From Anaerolineae bacterium (GTDB lineage: Bacteria > Chloroflexota > Anaerolineae > S140-20), in assembly GCA_027021705.1 (NCBI GenBank), contig JALUTT010000170.1, positions 17,616-81,615 of the forward strand: DNA of 64,000 nucleotides, given 5' to 3'. The position numbers and the translations under genes were made by a program. Shown here one piece after another: positions 59,692-64,000 of this stretch; positions within the stretch are counted from its first letter, which is position 1, and every line of letters starts with the position of its first letter. The notes under the pieces were generated by a model. The model did not search any database. It saw nothing but the letters and a program-made list of their open reading frames with translations, and was not told where the DNA came from.

Positions 59692-59727
59692 CTGCTGCCC
59701 CCCAAGAAGGGTCGGGTGTGCCGAATC

Positions 59728-59773
59728 GTGGAACAATGTGCCACATTATAGCACGCCTTGCGCCGCCTGTCAA
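59728..59773 (-). promoter_or_regulatory. Consensus sigma70 promoter with adjacent IclR-type operator
   Basis: TTGACA-17 bp-TATAAT on the minus strand (59773-59745); imperfect palindrome GTGGAACAATGTGCCAC (59728-59744) over the likely start site. Confidence 0.8.
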
Positions 59774-59812
59774 GACCCCAAAGCTTTTTCAGCGCTCTAC
59801 CCCTCGGGGGGA

Positions 59813-59914
59813 ACCCTCCCGCAGGTCCTCTCCACGGCCTAGAGCGCGTCGTAGGCTGCCTCCGACAAGCTATGGCGATCACCGGGCACCGCGGGGCCTG
59901 CGGGAGGGTGACAG
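59813..59914. repeat. REPIN/MITE-like element copy 4 (unrelated 71-bp spacer)
   Basis: ACCCTCCCGCAGG (59813) ... CCTGCGGGAGGGTGACAG (59897-59914). Confidence 0.85.
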
Positions 59915-59916
59915 AG

Positions 59917-59945
59917 TTGACAAAGCAGCCCGATGAGGGTATACT
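59917..59945 (+). promoter_or_regulatory. Sigma70 promoter
   Basis: TTGACA-17 bp-TATACT. Confidence 0.75.
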
Positions 59946-60137
59946 GAAGGTGCCAGGTTTGCGGAGGGGAGTTGCCACCTTGCCTGTCCTGAGCTCACGC
60001 AACCCCTATCAAGCCCTTGCGGTCCCGAGACGCGCTGGCTCTCGTCGGGGGAGAGTACAGGCGTCTCTCTTTTCTTCCGTCCTCTGGCCCCCGCTAGGGT
60101 ATGCCGGAGGTGAGTCTGGGAACCAGGAGAGGAAACC

Positions 60138-60389
60138 ATGGACTCTGCGATGATCGGCAAGATCGAGAAGGCGATCCGATACGCCCAGGAGCCGGAACGG
60201 TTCCAGTTCTTGCAATTTACGGTTACGGTGCGCGGTACACATCGCACGCACACCGTCTCTTACAACCACGGTCAATGGAGTTGCGGCTGTGATTTCTTTG
60301 CGATGCGTGGGGTCTGCAGCCACACGATGGCGGTGGAGAAGGTGTTGGGGGTGATGCTCCCCGACGGGATCCCTATGGCAATGGGATAG
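60138..60389 (+). CDS. Small SWIM zinc-finger protein
   Basis: MDSAMIGKIEKAIRYAQE...WSCGCDFF....CSH; AGGAGAGG RBS. Confidence 0.85.
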   Translation: MDSAMIGKIEKAIRYAQEPERFQFLQFTVTVRGTHRTHTVSYNHGQWSCGCDFFAMRGVCSHTMAVEKVLGVMLPDGIPMAMG

Positions 60390-60409
60390 CGCGGCAGGGC
60401 GGCGGGTCC

Positions 60410-60445
60410 AGCGGGCGGGGAGGGCCCCCGCCCGCTTTCTCTTCT
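60410..60445 (+). terminator. Rho-independent terminator
   Basis: agcgggcgggg-agggc-ccccgcccgct-ttctcttct. Confidence 0.7.
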
Positions 60446-60474
60446 GGAGCAAGTGTGGTAGAATGAAAGTCGTC

Positions 60475-60520
60475 ACCCTCCCGCAGGTCACGCGGTCCGT
60501 GGGAGAGCCTGCGGGAGGGT
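60475..60520. repeat. REPIN/MITE-like element copy 5 (short, 20-bp spacer)
   Basis: ACCCTCCCGCAGG-tcacgcggtccgtgggagag-CCTGCGGGAGGGT. Confidence 0.85.
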
Positions 60521-60546
60521 CCGCCTCAGTCTCAAGGGAGTCGTGG

Positions 60547-61542
60547 ATGAAACGTTGGCAATTCTGGGTCGGCGTGTTGGTCAGCGCCTTCTTCTTGGTG
60601 CTGGCCCTGCGGGGGCTGGAGTTGGAGAAGGTGGGCGCATCCTTGAAGCAGGGTCGCTACCTCTGGCTGGTTCCCGGCGTGGTCGTCTACTTCGGAGCCG
60701 TAGGGGCTCGCACCTGGCGCTGGCATTACCTGCTCCGAACGCTGAAGCCCATTCCCTTGCGAACCCTCTTTCCCGTGGTGACCATCGGCTATATGGGGAA
60801 CAACATCTACCCGGCCCGGGCCGGTGAGGTGCTCCGAGCCTACGTGCTCAAGCAGCGGGAGGGGATCAGTGTCAGCGCCTCGCTGGCGACGATCCTGGTG
60901 GAGCGGATCTTCGACGGGCTGGTGATGCTTCTCTTCGTCTTCCTGGCCTTGCCCACCGTGCCGGAGCTACCGGTCCGGCTGCGGCAACTGGTCGTCATCG
61001 CCAGTGGCCTCTTCCTGGGAGCCCTGCTCCTCTTCTTCGCTATGGCTGCCACGCCCCAGCGTGTCCAGCGCCTTTCCACACGGCTGCTCATCCCCTACCT
61101 GCCTGCCCGCTTCCGGCAGCCCGTCCAAGGACTGCTGGAGCGCTTTCTGACCGGGTTGAGCAGCCTGCGCAGCGGACGCGATGTGGCGATGATCTTCTTC
61201 ACGTCGGTGGTGATCTGGCTCTTGGAGACGCTGAAGTACTGGTTCGTGATGCACGCCTTCCCCTTCCAGGTGAGTTTCTTCGCCCTGATGCTGATGAACG
61301 GGGTGGTCAATCTGGCGACGACGCTTCCCTCGGGACCGGGCTACGTGGGCACCTTCGATACGCCGGGGATCGCCGTCCTCCAAGTCTTCGGCGTTGAGCG
61401 GTCGCTGGCGACCGGCTACACCTTGGTGCTCCACGTCGCCCTCTGGTTCCCCATCACCCTGCTGGGAGCTATCTACATGGTGCGGGAGAGCCTGAGCTGG
61501 AAGCAGGTTCAGGCGGAGATGGCCAGGGAGGGGGTGTCGTGA
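60547..61542 (+). CDS. Lysylphosphatidylglycerol synthase TM / flippase-like protein
   Basis: RTWRWHYLL, NNIYPARAGEVLR, VERIFD, PSGPGYVG. Confidence 0.9.
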   Translation: MKRWQFWVGVLVSAFFLVLALRGLELEKVGASLKQGRYLWLVPGVVVYFGAVGARTWRWHYLLRTLKPIPLRTLFPVVTIGYMGNNIYPARAGEVLRAYVLKQREGISVSASLATILVERIFDGLVMLLFVFLALPTVPELPVRLRQLVVIASGLFLGALLLFFAMAATPQRVQRLSTRLLIPYLPARFRQPVQGLLERFLTGLSSLRSGRDVAMIFFTSVVIWLLETLKYWFVMHAFPFQVSFFALMLMNGVVNLATTLPSGPGYVGTFDTPGIAVLQVFGVERSLATGYTLVLHVALWFPITLLGAIYMVRESLSWKQVQAEMAREGVS

Positions 61543-62831
61543 AGGTCGCCATCGTCGGCGCGGGCGTGGGGGGACTGGCCGCAGCCTACGACCTGGTGCG
61601 GGCCGGCTGTGAGGTTACCCTCTTCGAGGCGGCCGACTACGTGGGCGGGCTGGCTGCCGGCTTCAAGATCGCCCGCTGGGACTGGTCCGTCGAGCGCTAC
61701 TACCACCACTGGTTCGCCTCTGACCGCCACATCCTGGGGCTGATCGAGGAACTGGGCTGGCGGGATAAAGTCCTCTTCCCTCGCCCGGTCACCGTCGTCT
61801 ACCACCAGGGGCGCTTCTACCCCCTCGACTCGCCCCAGGCGGTCCTGGCCTTCCCGGCCCTGGGCTGGCCGGACAAGGTGCGTTTCGGCCTGGTGACCCT
61901 CTACCTGAAGCTCACCCCCCGCTGGCAGCCTCTGGAGCGCCAGACGGCCGACAGTTGGCTGCGCCGCTGGTACGGCCGGCGGGCCTACGCCACCGTCTGG
62001 GAGCCGCTCCTGGTCAGCAAGTTCGGCCCCTACTACCGGCAGGTCAACATGGCCTGGTTCTGGGCCCGGGTGAAGGCCCGCACCCCCCGCCTGGGCACCT
62101 TCGAGGGAGGCTTCCAGGCTTTCCTGGATGCCCTGGCCGACCGGTTGCGGGCCGAGGGGGTGACCATCCGGCTGCGCACGCCCGTGCAGCGGATCGAGCC
62201 CCGACCGGAGGGAGGGCTGCGTCTCTCCCTGCCCGAGGGTCAGGCCGATTTCGACCGGTGCCTGGTGACCACCTCGCCGGCGGTGCTGGCCCGTCTGGCC
62301 CCGTCCTTGCCCCCATCCTACCTGGACCGTCTGCTGGCGCTGAAGTCCATGGGGGCCGTGGTGATGGTCTTGGCCCTGAAGCACCGTCTCTCCGAGCAGG
62401 GCTTCTACTGGCACAACTTGCCCAAAGCCGCGGGCTTCCCTTTCCTCTCCCTGGTCGAGCACACCAATTACCTCTCCCCCGAGTTCTTCGGAGGAGACCA
62501 CATTGTCTACTGTGGGGACTACCTGGACCCGGATCACGAGTACTTCTCCCTGAGCAAGGAGGCGCTGCTGGAGCGGTTTCTCCCGGCCCTGCCCCGCTTC
62601 AACCCCCGTTTCCGCCCGGATTGGGTGCGCGATGTCTGGCTCTTCCGCACGCCCTACGCCCAGCCGGTGCCCGGCCTTAACCACTCCCGGGCGATCCCCG
62701 ACCTGGAGACCCCGCTGCAGGGGCTCTGGTTCGCCAGTATGAGCCAGGTCTACCCGTGGGATCGGGGTACCAACTTCGCCGTGGAGATCGCCCGCCGGGC
62801 CGTCCGGCGCATGCTGGAGCACAACGCATAA
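61539..62831 (+). CDS. FAD-dependent oxidoreductase (protoporphyrinogen/amine oxidase family)
   Basis: GAGVGG Rossmann motif, [22 protein letters not shown]. Confidence 0.88.
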   Translation: MKVAIVGAGVGGLAAAYDLVRAGCEVTLFEAADYVGGLAAGFKIARWDWSVERYYHHWFASDRHILGLIEELGWRDKVLFPRPVTVVYHQGRFYPLDSPQAVLAFPALGWPDKVRFGLVTLYLKLTPRWQPLERQTADSWLRRWYGRRAYATVWEPLLVSKFGPYYRQVNMAWFWARVKARTPRLGTFEGGFQAFLDALADRLRAEGVTIRLRTPVQRIEPRPEGGLRLSLPEGQADFDRCLVTTSPAVLARLAPSLPPSYLDRLLALKSMGAVVMVLALKHRLSEQGFYWHNLPKAAGFPFLSLVEHTNYLSPEFFGGDHIVYCGDYLDPDHEYFSLSKEALLERFLPALPRFNPRFRPDWVRDVWLFRTPYAQPVPGLNHSRAIPDLETPLQGLWFASMSQVYPWDRGTNFAVEIARRAVRRMLEHNA

Positions 62832-62854
62832 GGACTCATCCAGAGGACACACCT

Positions 62855-62895
62855 CACGCTTCACGCCTTACGTCTTACGTTTTGTGCCTTACGTT
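62855..62895. repeat. Degenerate heptamer tract (CTTCACG/CTTACGT)
   Basis: ctcacgcttcacgccttacgtcttacgttttgtgccttacg; reverse complement family of the 54695 tract. Confidence 0.7.
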
Positions 62896-62913
62896 CTACG
62901 GAGGAATAGTACG

Positions 62914-64000
62914 ATGAAGCAGATCACCGTAGTCGGTGTCGGTTACGTTGGCCTGGTGACCGGGACGTGCCTGGCCGATCTGGGCAATCGGGTCGTCTGT
63001 CTGGACATCAACGAGGAAAGGATCGAAGGGCTCAAGCGAGGGATCATGCCCATCTACGAGCCCGGGCTGGAGGAGATGGTCCGGCGTAACATGAAAGCGG
63101 GCCGGCTCTCCTTCACCATCTCTTACGAGGAGGCGCTGCGGGAGGCGGAGTTCGTCTTCATCGCCGTGGGGACGCCGGAGGGCGTGGATGGGGAGGCCGA
63201 TCTGCGCTACGTGCGGATGGCCGCCCGCTCCATCGCCGAGGTGATGGACCACCCGATGATCATCGTCAACAAGTCCACCGTGCCCGTGGGCACGGGCGAC
63301 TGGGTGGCCGACATCATCCGGGAGAACCAGACCAAGCCGATTCCCTTCAGCGTTGTCTCCAACCCCGAGTTCCTGCGAGAGGGTTCGGCCATCAACGACT
63401 TTATGTACCCGGATCGCATCGTGTTAGGTTCTCTGGATCGGGAGGCGGCCGAGAAGGTGGCCCAGCTCTACCTGCCCCTGCGGGCGCCCATTATGATCAC
63501 CGACCTGCGCACGGCGGAGATGATCAAGTACGCCTCCAACGCCTTCCTGGCCACCCGCATCAGCTTCATCAACGAGATCGCCAACATCTGCGAGGCGTTG
63601 GGTGCCGACGTGCGGGAGGTGGCCGTCGGGATGGGCTACGACAAGCGGATCGGCCCCCATTTCCTTGACGCCGGGATCGGGTATGGTGGTTCTTGCTTCG
63701 CCGGAGACACGACCATCTTCGCCCTCAACGGCCATCGGGTGGTGGCCCGTCCTTTCGAGGAGCTTGTGGCCGGGGAGGGAGAAAGGGTGCAGGCAGGAGC
63801 GGTAGAGATCATCACGCCCCAGCGAGTCTCTCAGGTCCTGGCTTTCGACCTGACAACGGGGCGTGCAACCCTGGCCGACGTGCGCTGTTTCACCCGCCGA
63901 TGGTATGAGGGTCCGATGGTCACCCTCCGCGCACGGATGGGCCGGCGTCTGCGCGTCACGGCCGACCATCCCGTTGTCCTGTACGATCCATCGGCCCGGG
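62914..64000 (+). CDS. UDP-glucose/GDP-mannose 6-dehydrogenase, intein-containing, truncated by window edge
   Basis: Not in ORF track. GGAGG RBS, ATG 62914: [54 protein letters not shown]; open to the edge. Confidence 0.95.
   Translation, partial: MKQITVVGVGYVGLVTGTCLADLGNRVVCLDINEERIEGLKRGIMPIYEPGLEEMVRRNMKAGRLSFTISYEEALREAEFVFIAVGTPEGVDGEADLRYVRMAARSIAEVMDHPMIIVNKSTVPVGTGDWVADIIRENQTKPIPFSVVSNPEFLREGSAINDFMYPDRIVLGSLDREAAEKVAQLYLPLRAPIMITDLRTAEMIKYASNAFLATRISFINEIANICEALGADVREVAVGMGYDKRIGPHFLDAGIGYGGSCFAGDTTIFALNGHRVVARPFEELVAGEGERVQAGAVEIITPQRVSQVLAFDLTTGRATLADVRCFTRRWYEGPMVTLRARMGRRLRVTADHPVVLYDPSAR
63694..64000 (+). mobile_element. Intein (N-terminal splicing region)
   Basis: After GYGGS the expected CFPKD is replaced by CFAGDTTI (block A) ... 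[13 protein letters not shown] (block B, TxxH). Confidence 0.9.

Overview
High-GC bacterial chromosome segment, most consistent with a Chloroflexota (Anaerolineae-like) monoderm; the taxonomy is inferred from gene families and repeat style. Contents in order: (1) a long minus-strand cytochrome c maturation operon (ccmE-F-H-tlpA...ccmA-B-C-D-ccdA-tlpA), interrupted between ccmA and ccmB by a PLD-nuclease/DpnI-type winged-helix gene and followed by an 11/18-aa repeat coiled-coil protein; (2) metG and glycosyltransferases; (3) a PP2C/two-component cluster and an ECF sigma/giant anti-sigma pair; (4) an SPT-like aminotransferase and an ABC pair; (5) a four-gene multiheme cytochrome cluster with about 27 heme motifs (collagen-stalked octaheme lipoprotein, split CbcL-like pair, ImcH/NapC-like protein); (6) four tRNAs, a protoglobin-MoaD fusion and murJ; (7) an IclR-headed catabolic/Liv-ABC operon interrupted by a Phd-VapC pair; (8) a UDP-glucose dehydrogenase with an intein running off the right edge. 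Intergenic DNA carries five REPIN-like inverted-repeat elements and several 7-9 bp tandem repeat tracts. All calls come from motif reading; no database searches were run.
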